From Eledone cirrhosa (Eukaryota): a stretch of DNA of 64,000 nucleotides. The notes under the pieces are model-generated. The model saw only the letters and a list, made by a program, of their open reading frames with translations. It was not told where the DNA came from and searched no databases. The stretch spans positions 219,294,001 through 219,358,000 of the forward strand of contig OZ024742.1 in assembly GCA_964016885.1 (NCBI GenBank), written 5' to 3'. This document shows positions 27,301-41,600 of the stretch, piece after piece (positions within the stretch are counted from its first letter, which is position 1; the number at the start of each line of letters is the position of its first letter). Both the position numbers and the translations under genes were made by a program.

Positions 27301-30300
27301 AGATAGTCAAGTAGGAAATTTGGAAATTTTAAGAAATGGTGGAAGAAGTATGGCATGAAGAAGAACTGGATAAATGTCATTTTTTTTAAAGTAGAGATTT
27401 CGTAATAAAGTTTTATAGAAGAGATGTGAAGTGTCAGATGTTGTACAATGTCAGATGTGAAATAAATTTTATCATTAAGAATGATCTTTGATGGAATTAG
27501 CAAACTGAAAAGATGTTGCTTAATTGAATTTAAAAATTTCCACACAAGAATTATTTGGAGAAAAAAATTATAATCTGTTTCCTCAAACACCATTTTGAGA
27601 GTGCCATAATCCTCCAACTTCAGTTTATCAATATTTTGATCCTAAAAATCAGTTTAGGTGGCAATTTGAAATAACTGGTGACACTATTCAGTTTGAAATC
27701 TAAAAATAGTTTACAAATATTTTGGAAATTCTTCCTGCTGAAAAATTAAAACATCTAAAAACATTTAAAAACTGGTTATTTCTTTACAATTCAATTTCAT
27801 ATGGTAGAAGATACTTACTTTGAAGCTGTGAATATTGCTGATTTATTTGTGGCCAGAGCAGTAATTGCAAAGTTGTGGGCTTTTATTGAACCAATTGCAG
27901 AGCAATTCCCTTCAGTCTGCCATAATTTTAGGTAACCACTTCGACAACCACTAAGCAAGATTTGGTGTTCAGGCATCACTGCTAAGCCATTAATCCAATC
28001 TCTATGAGCACAGTAAAGAGACTGAAAGGAAAATAAAATAAATAAATAAATAAATAAAACATTAAATATTTTAAATCATAGCCTTTTTTTTCAAAAATAA
28101 TTTTATTTGAAATATAGTCATCACAACATAAATAATTCTCTCCACTTCTTTTCCATCTCCCAGAGATATTTTAACAGATTTTTTCAACTATTTTTTTTAT
28201 AATGATCCACTATTGTTATAGTCATTAATGTTGAGATGACTATATTTCAAATTTTCTCAATGATTCATGTCAACTGGATCTTCCTATTATCTTATTTTGT
28301 AATAGTCATTGTGTAACGGTTTTCAACAGGCCAATCACTGGTTCACTGAAACTGACACTGACAATAGAATGTCTTACTTGGTGCAAAGAATTTTGAAGGG
28401 CATCAATTTTTTTTTTTACTAATGTTTATATCCTTTGCCAAATGGCACACACACAAAGACAGACACACACATGCACACAAACACGTTCGTGCATCTGCAC
28501 AGTTTTCATCTACTAAGTTCCACTAATAAATAAAGTACTTGTCCAGTACTGGAACTGAGTCTTATCTCTTGCTTTCTTTCTCTATTTGAAGAAGTTGACT
28601 TTGGTCAAACCTGGAGATCGATGGGATCGAGCAGCTTTAAATGCATCATGACAGCATCATGACAGCATCCCCAAGACTCCAACAGGGGCTAAGAGCTCAG
28701 TGAATGAATCATTTCTAATAGTCACAAAACCAAGGAATTTTAGGAGAGAGAGAAGACATGAAGAATATATACCACCATCACATCTGCAAAAAACAAACAA
28801 ACAAAAAACTGTGCATAATAACCTGGATGATTTTTTTATCTTTGAGGTCCCATTTCTTGATACAGCGATCTCTTGATCCACTAAATAATATTTCATCTTG
28901 AATAACTAAAGACTGAACTCCATCAAAGTGAGGGGGTTCAAGATTGTATGTTGGACCAATAACATTTGAAGTCATGGAATTCACTTCAAATATCTAATTA
29001 ACAAAAAATAGACATATGTTTTCATTAAAATATAAAAATAAACATTTTTCATTAACATTTCAATTTTCAATATTTAAAAATACAAAGAAAACATATTCCT
29101 ATGAAGGCTTCCCACCCTCACCAACTATCTATCCTATTGCTGCTACACCACCACTACCGTCTCAATACTATTCCAGCTATCACAATATAAACCCCTGCTC
29201 TCATTATTTTACATCTATTTCAACATGGAGAGAACAGCTTATTTATTGCAGCTTTCATAGCTATCTATTTTTACACATTATTTACCCTTTCCCTGCCACC
29301 ACTGTCTGACATTCCATTCATCATCCTCTTCCTCTTACAACCATTTTTCATGTTTGCATTGGTTAAACAGGTCTTCATTGTTTATGTCAGTTCTAATCTG
29401 GGGTTGCTGGTCTCCTAGATGGGTCAAAGAAACACATCTTTCTTGTGTTTAACAGCCAGTTAAATTTTTATTTCATAAGCTAAGAAAAACCAAACCTTTC
29501 ATAGCATTACTTGCAGTCTTAACCCTTTAGCATTTAGGTTTAGTTAGAAGGGAGGATCACTATCCTATTGGATTTCATATTTATATACTTTTAGACAAAG
29601 TTTTTGTCTACTAATTGCTTGGATAATCTTATTTGATTGAAGTTTACCAATTCACACTACTACATTTGCATTTAGTCTGCAAAATGCCACCTCTGAGTTC
29701 CTCATTCCTCAGACATATCTTAAATATTATTAAATGACTTCTTGATATGTTCAAATATATCAATATAAAACTTGATATTGATAGTTTCTCCTGTTGATAA
29801 TACAAGGGCAATCCCAAAAGTAAGGTCTCCAAAGCGATGGGGACGCAGAGAAACTGTTCGTACTGCTGTTGGCAACACTGTTGTGATTGATGCTTCCTTC
29901 ACTCCCAAACAAGCATGCGCACGTTTCACTGGGATGCTCAATCTTGGCTTGGCAGCCGTTGAGAATGTAGGTCCATTGAACGCTACCACCAAGTGCAAAG
30001 TTCATGCAGTTATTCGGTTTTTGAACGCAAAAGGTGTTGAACCGATTGAAATTCCTCGCCAATTGACGGAAGTGTATGGACAGTCGTGCATGGATGTCAA
30101 AAACGTTCGCAAGTGGTGTAGAGAGGTTACAGCCGGTCGTACTGAAATTCACGACGAACAAAGGAGCGGGAGATCGTCAATTTCCGACGAGACAGTCGCA
30201 AAGGTTGAGGAAAACGTGTAAAGATCGGCGGATCACTCTGGATGCTCTCTGGATTTTGGTTCCTGAGGTTTCCCGAAGCACCATCCACGGGATTTTAACG

Positions 30301-33300
30301 GAAAAAGTGCAACTGTCTCATTGGAAATTGACGGTATCCCGCTCCTTTGTTTGTCGTAAATTTCAGTACGACCGACTGTAAACTCTCTACACCACTTGGT
30401 GGTAGCGTTCAATGGGAGCTCTATTCTCAACGGCTGCCAAGCCAAGATTGAGCATCACAGCGAAGCGTGCGCATGCTTGTTTGGGAGTGAAGGAAGCACC
30501 AATCACAACAGTGTTGCCAACAGCCATACGAACAGTTTCTCTGCATCCCCATCGCTTTGGAGACCTTTGTTTTGGGATTGCCCTCGTATTTGAGAATCTT
30601 TTATTGACAATTATTTATGTGTAGGCGGCGAATTTGCAGAGTCGTTACAATGGATAGAATGCTTTGCAGTATTCGTTTTGGCTCTCTGAGTTCAAATTTC
30701 ACTGAAGACAACTTTGCCTTTCATCCTTTGAGGTTGATAAAAAAAGGTACCAGTCAAGTACTGGATCGATTCTTCCTCTATATCTCTTTCTCACTTCCAT
30801 TATCTCATTCTTTATCCATCTCTGGAAGAAATCTGCTGTATCCAGCCCTATAAGAAGATGGTCTCCACAAGGTTTTAATATGTGTTACAAACACTGTATG
30901 TCAATATGGCACCCTTATGACTCCCTTGGGAGTTATGGGACCATGCCGTACAAGCACTTATTTGTGTGTATCAGGGTAAAGTTGTCACTTGCAGGGTTTG
31001 AACCCGAAACATTGAATCAAAATATTGCCATCATTATCTTTTTGTGTCCACTGGCTGAATGGGTTGTTATGGTCTGAGTTACTTCTTATTCAAAGTTACT
31101 GCCCTCATAGATGTATTGCAGGACCATGACTTGCTCATATACATACCACTAGCTGAGGTGCCGGCTTTACCCGGGAGAACAGTTAAGAAAAGACGGATAG
31201 AAGAGAAAATGACTATTGGATGTGTTGTCCGGATGAGGTAAGACCGTAATGTGTGTGTGAGAGAGACATAAAAAAAAACAATCATGAAACTTCCTTATTA
31301 GGCTGGGGGAGTAAACTGCTGATTAAATGGTAATGTTGGCCTTGGATTTTAAATGTGAAATAACCGTAGTCAGTATGATCTTTTTCAGTTCCAAAGGACG
31401 TCATCTGAAACACAGCAATATACTGCATAACATTGTTTCTGAAGTGTTAAGCTTTGTTAGTACAGTCTGTAAGCAGTATATGGATAAAAGCTGGAGGGTC
31501 CTCTATCAGTGGAAGTCTGACCGTTTGGTGGACATTGTAACTCCCCTGGTAGATGAGCAGTGTTTTGGTGACATGATGAAATTAATTTTCTTGGAAAATA
31601 TCGCAAAAAAACAAACAAAAAAAAAAACAACAAACAATACAATGCAATATAAAAAAAATAAAAAAAATAAATGCAAATAGCAGCCTTAGAGAATAGGTTG
31701 ACACTCATCTGAATTAGGTCAATAATATGACACTAGCCTCAAAAAGCTAAATTAATACACCGTAGATTAATTTCAAATAGTATCAATTTTTCTGTGTTCT
31801 GTAAAATCAAAGACTGGTATAAAACGACTTTATAAAAGCTAACACAATATTGTTAAACCATCAACTGATACTTTGATCTAGAGTTTAAGCTGATTCTAGA
31901 CTTTTGTGAGACATTACTCTCTCCCTCTGAATATCTAACACTTTAATTGTATCTCTCTCTCTCTGCCTCTCTTTAGATGTGTGTGTGTGTGTATGTAGTT
32001 TTTGTGTAATTCAACCATCCAATCAATAAACATCTCTCTCTTATATATAGATTAATTGTAAATCATCATCATCATTTGACTGCAGTAGCAGATGACACCA
32101 ATCCTCCCCTAATCCTCCCATAATCAGTTGTGGTCTCCTGGTCAGGTGATTAACCATGGCCATCAGTGGAATTTGAACCCAGAATGCTAAGTAATCCGAA
32201 CAGACATTATTACTAGCTATCTCATCTGATGGTTTATCAATTCTGCCAATCCATCACTATGGATTGGTACTTTATTTTATCAACACTAAAAGCATGAAAG
32301 GCAAAGTTGACCTTGGTGAAATATAAACTCAAATTCATTTACTATGTAACTACTGCACTACAATTTCACAAATAATCATCATATTTTACTGTTTAACATT
32401 CATGTGTTGGAATAGTTGTTTTTGAAGTTAGAAAGTCTTCTTTCCTCTAATAAGCAGTGGAAACTATGTTTTTGTTCAGTTAGGCAAATTGAATCAATCA
32501 GTACTAAGTGCTTTCTTTACAGTCATAATAAGATGTCAGTACCAAACATTGAATTCATGATTTATCTCTCTACATTGATTATATCAAACCTTCACTTAAC
32601 TGTATGATGGTCAATAGTTGTGCACCTTAAACTTATAACAGATGAGTTTGCTGTAATGGGAAAGATAAATTACCTTGATATAGTGGTCTTTTGATCCACT
32701 GACCACAAGTTGACTCTGATCATTACTTGTTAAGGCAAGAACCATTACCTGCGCCTGATGGCCAGTCAACTTGTTGATGCACCCAAAGCTATAAAATAAA
32801 AAAAACAATAACCTGTATTAGGATACATGAAAAACTTACATTAAAACTAAATCATTGACTTAAATATTGACTTAATATCTCGCATAGCAAACAACCATCT
32901 AATACTATCTCTTTTTGTTTCATCATCATTAATCATTTTACATCTATTTTTCCATGCTTGCATGGGTCATCTCCTACATTGCATTTAAACACTTTATTTG
33001 TTCTTTAAGCTCAGCCTTTTGAGGCCATTTATTTTGCTATTTCTTCACATGTCTTTCTTTCCCACAAATTCCAATCCACCTGGAGTGCTAAGTAATTATT
33101 TACCAAACTGTCAGTGCAGTCTCCTCTCTTGCATATGATTCCCCTAGAACCTAGTTTTTCTCTCAGCTTATTTCTACTTCATAGTTCATGCACCATGATG
33201 TCCATCAGAACATGCTGGCCTTATCTTGCTCTTTCCAATTTTTGCACATCCTTGCATTCAATGTCTGTATTAGTCCCATGCATCATCATATTTCTTAGAT

Positions 33301-35626
33301 TTCTTAGATAAGCATCATACACCTTGTCTTTCACTGAGAGAAATCCTTTGTGTTCAGCAGTAGAAATAACTCCCTAAACTCTTCCCAGCCACTTCTTAAT
33401 CTGTATAAAGTTTGTCTCAAGTCCAGAGGATCATCAGGTCAGTGCTTATCCCGGTTTCCATGACATGAAGCAACTGAGACTACAAGACTTCCCCTGATGC
33501 CAATCCATCACAAGGTTAAACCTCCAACGACTGCTGGTACTCACTTTGAGCTGAGTATACTGGAGCAATGTGAAATGAAATGTTCTGCTCAAGAACACAA
33601 CAACCCACTCCAGGAATCGAACCTACAACATTATGATTGTAAGTACAACACCCTAACCACTAGGCCATGCACCTCCACTTCTTACTTTGGCTAGTATACT
33701 TTTGGAAGTCTCCCCTCCTCCACAGCCAATTAAGATACTTAACGCTATCACTTTGAGTGAGTTCTTCAAGCATTGGAAAGAATTTATTATATGGTTGTTC
33801 TTGTTGCAAACCACTCCTATGCATCTGATATATATAAAGTCCCCCTGTCAGTCTGTGATCCCACACTTGTACACCCTACATCTGTTATGTACAAAGTCCT
33901 CTATCAGTCTACCTGTGTCCCTTCTCTAGTAAACCCTGCATCTGCTATATATAAAGTCCCCCGTCAGTCTGATCTCAGTCTTGCACACCCTACATCTGCT
34001 ATATATAACTTCCATCCACCAAATTTCACTCAAAAGGCATTGGTCAGCCTGAGGCTATGAAAAAGGACACTTGCCAAGGTGCTGAGATGTGGGATTGAAT
34101 CCCAAACCATGTGGCTGTAAAACAAACTTCTTAACCACATAACTTTGCCTCTTCTCCCATATGAGCTGCATGGCTGGGTGCCTTGAGGGAAGCATAAGGG
34201 GGAATTGATGTTATGGGGCTGGGTGCCTTGAGGGAAGCATAAGGGGCATTGATGTTATGGGGCTGGGAGCCTTGCCGAAAGTCTAAGGGTGAGTAAGCAT
34301 AAGTAGGACCAGTGTGGCATGTCTCTCTCACTTTTAGACTGCCGTGTCCACTGGACATGTTTTTGTTGTGCGAGCTCAGGATATATGTAGATAGTTTCTG
34401 ACTAGAGGTTACGTGGGTAGGACACTCATGGATATGCCTCACTGGACAAGATCAACAACAGGAGACGACCCCATGATGTAGGTGTGCTACACTCCGCCCA
34501 CAACATTTTCTTAACAGAAACTATATAGTATTCAACCAAGAATACCTGATGTTTTCTTCCATATAATTTGCAAAACAGAAAATATCCGATCAAAAATCAA
34601 AAGCCTATTGCTTGATATGCTAATATTGGATTTCTTGGCACAAGGTAAAAATTTGAGTGTTAGAAGAAGGGGCTCTAATATACTAAGGTGAATGAACCTT
34701 AGTATATTACTGATATTTAATAAATTGCTTCCAGGATAGTGAATGGTAAAGTTAATTCTGATGAAATTGGACCTAGAACCAAAAGATATGAAATTAAATA
34801 CCAGAAACCTCGCACTATACAATTTCCTACACTGCCATATCTATAGCTTAACGATATTGTCATATGTAGGCAAGATAAACAGTTGATTAAACCAAACATT
34901 AAGATACATGTTAAATTAGTCATAATCTAAGGTCATTCAATAGGTTTGAGTATTGCAAGGATACAAGTCAACCTTGTAGGTGCTAGTGCCTTGATAAGAT
35001 GCAGTCAGTAAATCCTTTAAAATGATTGGTGCTATGAAGGGCATCCGGCTACAATAGCCATGCCCAAATTGGAACATACAAGCAAGATATATTTAAGAGG
35101 ATAATAACACCAAATAAAAAACTGACTTGGACTGTCTATCTGCTCAAACCACGCCAGTCTAGAAAGCGAATGTATGATGATGATTCTGTAGGAAAAATAT
35201 TTTTGAAGGAGAGCTGTTAAGCAACTTACTTTCTGAGATCCCACATGCGTACAAGGTTTCCAACAGCTGCGAACAAAGTCTGGCCATCATCACTCAGAGC
35301 GATGGCATTTATTAACTGTTCACGTCGATTAATTTCACCCTGGCGTGTTTGATATAATACTGGTAAAGATGAAGGACCAGAAGAGCTGAAAACGAGAAAC
35401 AGAAACCTTACATTATTAATAACTCCTTTAATGAAATCAATTTAAAATCAATCATAAATTTAGAGTTTTCAAAATAAAATTATAAACACGTGAATTTATA
35501 AGTTGAAGCAATATTTTACCAAATAAATATAAAAATTAAGTGCTCTTAGGCAATTACCTTCTATTACAAGCCATTGTTCGATCCTAATCGAACAATGGCT
35601 TTGAGAGACGCACACATACACACATG

Positions 35627-35668
<42 letters not shown>

Positions 35669-38600
35669 TCAGTGATATTTGTTTAAGTCCCATTGCTCAG
35701 CAGTTTGGTATGTGAAGATTCATACCTTATTTCGAAACAGGAGGTGGCTGGTGTCAAGAAGGGCATCTAATCATAGAATTCTATCTCAAAAAATCTCATC
35801 CAACCTATGTCAGCATGGGAAAACAGACAAACCAGATGAGATCATCATCATCATCATCATCATTGTTTTACATCCATTTTCTATGCTTTCATAGATTGGA
35901 ATGGTTGCCACAGTCCAAGACTAAATGGTTCTGAGGATCAGGTTATATCATACATTCCATTTGTATGGTTTCTATGGCTGGATGCCCTTACTATCAAACC
36001 ACTTTACAAAGAGTACTGGCTGCATTTTATTGTAGTACCAACACTACCATTTTACAGAGTGTACTGAGCACTTTTTATCATATCACTATCACTTTATATC
36101 TATTATCCCAAAAGAGCAGAAAGTAATTTTTTGTGGCAGTGTCCCAGCATGGCAACAATAAATAGGCTGAAATCAGTGAAATAGTACAAACTATATAAAT
36201 TTGGTTACAAATAAAAAAAGCCAAGAACTTAAAAACGAAACAAAAAGAACTTACTTAAGAGTAATAACACAGGTGGGTGTTTTGATGTCTCTAATATCCC
36301 AGACTTTTACTTCAGACTGTGAGACTGTGTATAGTCTATGGGATGGTTCATTGTACTTTAAAGACACAACATTATTAGGATGATCAGGAAAGACTTGTAT
36401 TTCATCACCAGTGTTGAGATCCCATACTTTGGCAGTACGATCTAAATGACAAAATGTTAATACAGTTATTACATGCAGTTTCACTGGAAAGACTTACATT
36501 CTTCCTTATCTATAAATTACATTGATTGCAGAATAGAAAAAGTAGATTAACATTTAACGTTCTGTACTGCATGAAACCACATTATCAAGACATTTTTGAA
36601 AAGTACAAAACAGCACTATTAAGCATTATAGTTTTTACTCTAAAACTGCAAATTTTCATAACTATGGAGTGGTACATTATTTTATTGATCATGAAAGAAT
36701 GTTAACCACAGCAGTATAAAAAGCTAAAACAAATATGGCAAAGAATTTTGACCTACACTTCAACAACTATTCCAATTTGCCACCAAATCTTTATTCCCAT
36801 GTTGTAGCTGCTTCATACAAATACATTTAATTTTGTTTTTGTTCTAATTACACATCTATGTATTGACTGTGTAAGAAATGGATGTTCATACATACATAAT
36901 TTATAAAAGACATTTTTACATTTTATGCACACTTTTTATTGAGTCACTATATTTCAATAACTATATAAAATGATTTTGAAGTTTGCTTGACGAATTGTGT
37001 AATGTGCAAGATCTGGGCATAGGTGGCGAGAGCTGATCTCAAATCGCTGAGACTCACAGAGGATATAACGAAGGAATGCGGCAAGATGAGAGATGCTGAA
37101 AAGGACCCGTCCAACCCATGCGAATGCAAAAAAAAACAAATATAAAATTGATGAAGATATTAAAAGCAACTAGTTGGAAAATATTTAATTTTAGTTGAGA
37201 ATATAACATGCTCAAGTAAATTAAGGGACATATGCAACAAACTTTTGAAATGTGATCACACAGAAGATGGGAGAGAGATTAAACAGAAGAAAAAATGGAC
37301 ATAGTAAATAATTAGTTTCTACCTTTGCTGCTGGTAAATAATAAATCTTCTGTAGCACATACAGACAGTACTGGTTTAGCATGACCTTCCACAACATGTG
37401 AGCAAAATACTGGTGATGTTCTTCCTCCAGAGCTCATCCGATTCAGTTGTGTAATTGTACCCCTGAGTTTCAAAAAGAAATATATTTTTTATACATGACA
37501 AAATAAACATGTGCCAAAGAAACTACACAGTGAAATTGTATGTATTGGATTTGTTTAATAACCATATCATTTAACTTAGCTCTAATGCAATTTTTATAGG
37601 GAGGGGATATAGTGGACAGAATTGTATACATATTACTGGTATTTATTTTTATATATACTGGAAGGATTAAAGGCAAATTTAATACTGGTGACAGTTGATC
37701 TCAGAATGTGGTAAGAGAGACTATAAATTTTAATGGTATAACATTTGTCACTTTATGGTTTCTGCCAGATAACTGTCCTGGGATCTAGAGTGTAAAATGA
37801 AAGACCGATTTTAGTCCAAACACTTACCTATTTGATTCTGATGAAGAGATATCTGCTTTCAAAGTTAACCGTTTAAAGACATCATTACATCTTTTTCGAG
37901 GAGTTTGAGGTGATCTGAGAGGACTAACTGGTTCACTATAAAGTATGAAATAAATATGGTTTTATAGTAGCACTGAACAAGTTTCAACATAGATATGTCT
38001 TAGTACTGAATACAAGTAAGCTTCCAAAGTTAATGAAATAATCAAACATTAGAAATCCCTGGCATTTTGCAAATATGATCTGATATGGCTCAGGCAGAAG
38101 CAATATGGCTTAAGTACAGGAAATATGGCTCAAGCAGAGGCAACATGCCTATGACTCAAGCAGAAGCAACATAGCTATGACTCAAACAGAGGCAACATGG
38201 CTCAATTCGAAGCAATATGACTATGGTTCAAGTAGAGGCAATTTAGACAAGTGGATAAAGTATCAGGCTACTTGTTAATGGGTCAGGAGTTCAAGTGAGC
38301 TGCTGACATTTTTTGCATCTTCTCAGAACAGTTGACCCTACATAGCTTCAGTTTACCTAGCTATCAGAAATAACTACCAAATTATTTGGTTCAACCTTGG
38401 ATCAGTGATCATTTATCCTCTACAGTCATCTCATTAGTTCCAGAGTGCTTCTGATAATTGGCAGGTGTACACCACAGTAACTTCAAGCTAAACATGTCAC
38501 ATACACATCAGCGAGTGCACATTTTCCTTAACCCATCACTAACATATTTTTAAAAAATTTTTTTACTGCACACTATTTAATAACCGATTCCTGAAATATT

Positions 38601-41600
38601 AAAACAAAATCCTTTACTAACCTGTATTTGGTGGGTCTGGATGCTTCAGAGGCACTATTGACTCGACGAAGTGGAATAGGAGAAAGTTGAGGATCCACTT
38701 CATTGGACAATCTAGAAATAATTTTGGAGAAAAAAAAAAAAAATTCTTTTATTCATTCTTGGTTCTTAAAAAGTGAAAAAAAAAAAAAAAAAAAAAAAAA
38801 AAAACATTCAATAAAATCCTTTTTAAATAAAAAATAAACTGAAAGAGCTTTGAAATTGACTAAATACAGCTTTGATACATTGTTTTTACATTTGCTTTTC
38901 CATGCTCACGTTGGATAAAGCATTTTGAGACAGTTTTTCTATAGGTGGATGTCTTTGCTGATGCCAACACATACTTTAAGTTCTTTATAAATATGATATA
39001 TACTACACAGATTTGACTGCTACACTACAAATGTTACTGCCTGCTTTAAACATTGTCAATATTTAAACAAACAAAAACACACAAATAAACACACAACACA
39101 CACAACACACACAACACACACAACACACACAACACACAAAACACACACACAACACACAACACACACACACAAAACACACACACACCACACCACACACACA
39201 CCACAACACACCACACCACACCAAACACACCACACAACACACCACACACCACACACCACACACCACACACACACACACCATCATCATCATCCATATGGCC
39301 ATTTATAGATCCAATTATACTGCATTGTTTGGCCCCAAGGTTATAGTAGCAAATAATTGGGATTAAATCAGAAACCATGTGGTTATGAAGCAAACTTCTT
39401 AACACAACTATACGTGCACCAATTATCACAGTCCTCAGTCACCTGTACGGGGTTCAGCTTCACCACTTTGACCCTTTCCTTTGGTCTCTTCCATAAGTCC
39501 CTTCTACTTCAATCATTCTCTCTCCCTCTCTGCACACACATATGTATACACACACACATTTTGGGGGTGGGGGTAGGGGGGGGTAGTGACAAAAAGTTAC
39601 AGTAATTCAGAGTTCATCGGGAATCCAAAGGGTAAACAAATGAAGAACCACGATGCCAGGTAGATTTTCAGGTTCCAATTTTTCTTTTTCCTGATAAAGG
39701 ACTAATGTGATACATCGAAACATTCATTTTCCTTTTCCATCAAGAAAGAAACTAAGATTGTTATTGTATCTGTATTCTTTTTCTTTTAATCTTAAACTAT
39801 ACAGTAGATACATAGCTTTACATTAAATATAATGATGCAGTAGAAAATAGGAAAACACACACACTTAAGGATGATACTACAACTACAATATGAACAAAAG
39901 AAAAACATATTAAAGTGATAGTAATTTAATATAAAACCAGACATGTTAAATCACATACACACACACACACAAAAGAAACCAACATTTTATATGATAATGA
40001 ATTATTAAATTAAAATCTCACCCAATCTTTTCAAGTGTGTCAACACTTCTCACTAAAGATTTGCTAGGATTTGGACTGGGTATTTTGTCAGGTGAAGTTA
40101 CTTTTTCTTGAGATGTTTCAATAAGTGGCGTTAACATAGTGTTCATATACGATTCAACTGAATACAGCAATTCTTTGGGTGTAGCAGTACGTCTCCGAGC
40201 CTGTTGATATGAACCATTTTTTAATTTATACCTTAACTCTTAACTGAATTTTAATGATATATACAAAGTATTTTAAAGGTGTTTTTAATAATCTAAAAAA
40301 CTAAATTATCAATACAATTAACAAATATATTGACAAATTATTATAGTACAGTTAATACGAAGCATTGTGAGATATGTAATAAATGACTGATAAGTTTCAG
40401 AAAGCCAGTACAATGTGGTAGAAATATATGAATAGCCCTGAAATATGTTGAAATACATTGGGTAAAACATTACTTTCTTTTGCTTTAGTCATCATTTGCC
40501 CTTTATATATTTCTACCGCAGTGTATCGACTTTTTGAAACTTATTCATAAAAAATTATTATATTTGGAATATCTAACATAAAAAAGAAGGTACTGTAAAG
40601 TACAAAAAAGGAGAGAGGACGAGAAAGAGACGAGAGAGACGAGAGAGGAGACGAGGAGACAAGAGAGCGAGGAGACGAGAGAGGAGACGAGGAGACAAGG
40701 AGACAAGAGAGACGAGAGCGAGGAGACGAGGAGACAAGAGAGACGAGGAGACAAGAGAGACGAGAGCGAGGAGACGAGGAGACAAGAGAGACGAGGAGAC
40801 GAGGAGACGAGGAGACGAGAGCGAGGAGACGAGAGCGAGGAGACGAGAGCGAGGAGACGAGAGCGAGGAGACGAGAGGAGACAAGAGAGACGAGAGGAGA
40901 CGAGAGCGAGAGGAGACGAGAGCGAGAGGAGACGAGAGCGAGAGGAGACGAGAGCGAGGAGAGGAGACGAGAGCGAGGAGAGGAGACGAGAGCGAGGAGA
41001 GGAGACGAGAGCGAGGAGAGGAGACGAGAGAGAGGAGAGGAGACGAGAGAGAGGAGAGGAGACGAGAGAGAGGAGAGGAGACGAGAGAGAGGAGAGGAGA
41101 CGAGAGAGAGGAGAGGAGACGAGAGAGAGGAGAGGAGACGAGAGAGAGGAGAGGAGAGGAGACGAGAGAGAGGAGAGGAGACGAGAGAGAAGAGAGGAGA
41201 GGAGACGAGAGAGAAGAGAGGAGAGGAGACGAGAGAGAGGAGAGGAGACGAGAGAGAGGAGAGGAGACGAGAGAGAGGAGAGGAGACGAGAGAGAGGAGA
41301 GGAGACGAGAGAGAGGAGAGGAGACGAGAGAGAGGAGAGGAGGTGAGAGAGAGGAGAGGAGGTGAGAGAGAGGAGAGGAAGTGAGAGAGAGGAGAGGAAG
41401 TGAGAGAGAGAGGAGAGGAAGTGAGAGAGAGAGGAGAGGAAGTGAGAGAGAGAGGAGCGGAGGTGAGAGAGAGAGGAGCGGAGGTGAGAGAGAGAGGAGC
41501 GGAGGTGAGAGAGAGAGGAGCGGAGGTGAGAGAGAGAGGAGCGGAGGTGAGAGAGAGAGGAGCGGAGGTGAGAGAGAGAGGAGCGGAGGTGAGAGAGAGA

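Noticed and set aside
34520-34930. Possible GIY-YIG endonuclease relic on the minus strand
   Set aside because: Only vague motif resemblance with many stops; needs an HMM search.
39046-39429. Cys/Val-rich ORFs
   Set aside because: Translations of a TG-rich simple repeat.
39690-39722. Hammerhead cores ctgataa…gaaac here and ctggtga…gaaa near 17831
   Set aside because: Core mutated and stems I/III not found; at most decayed Penelope relics.
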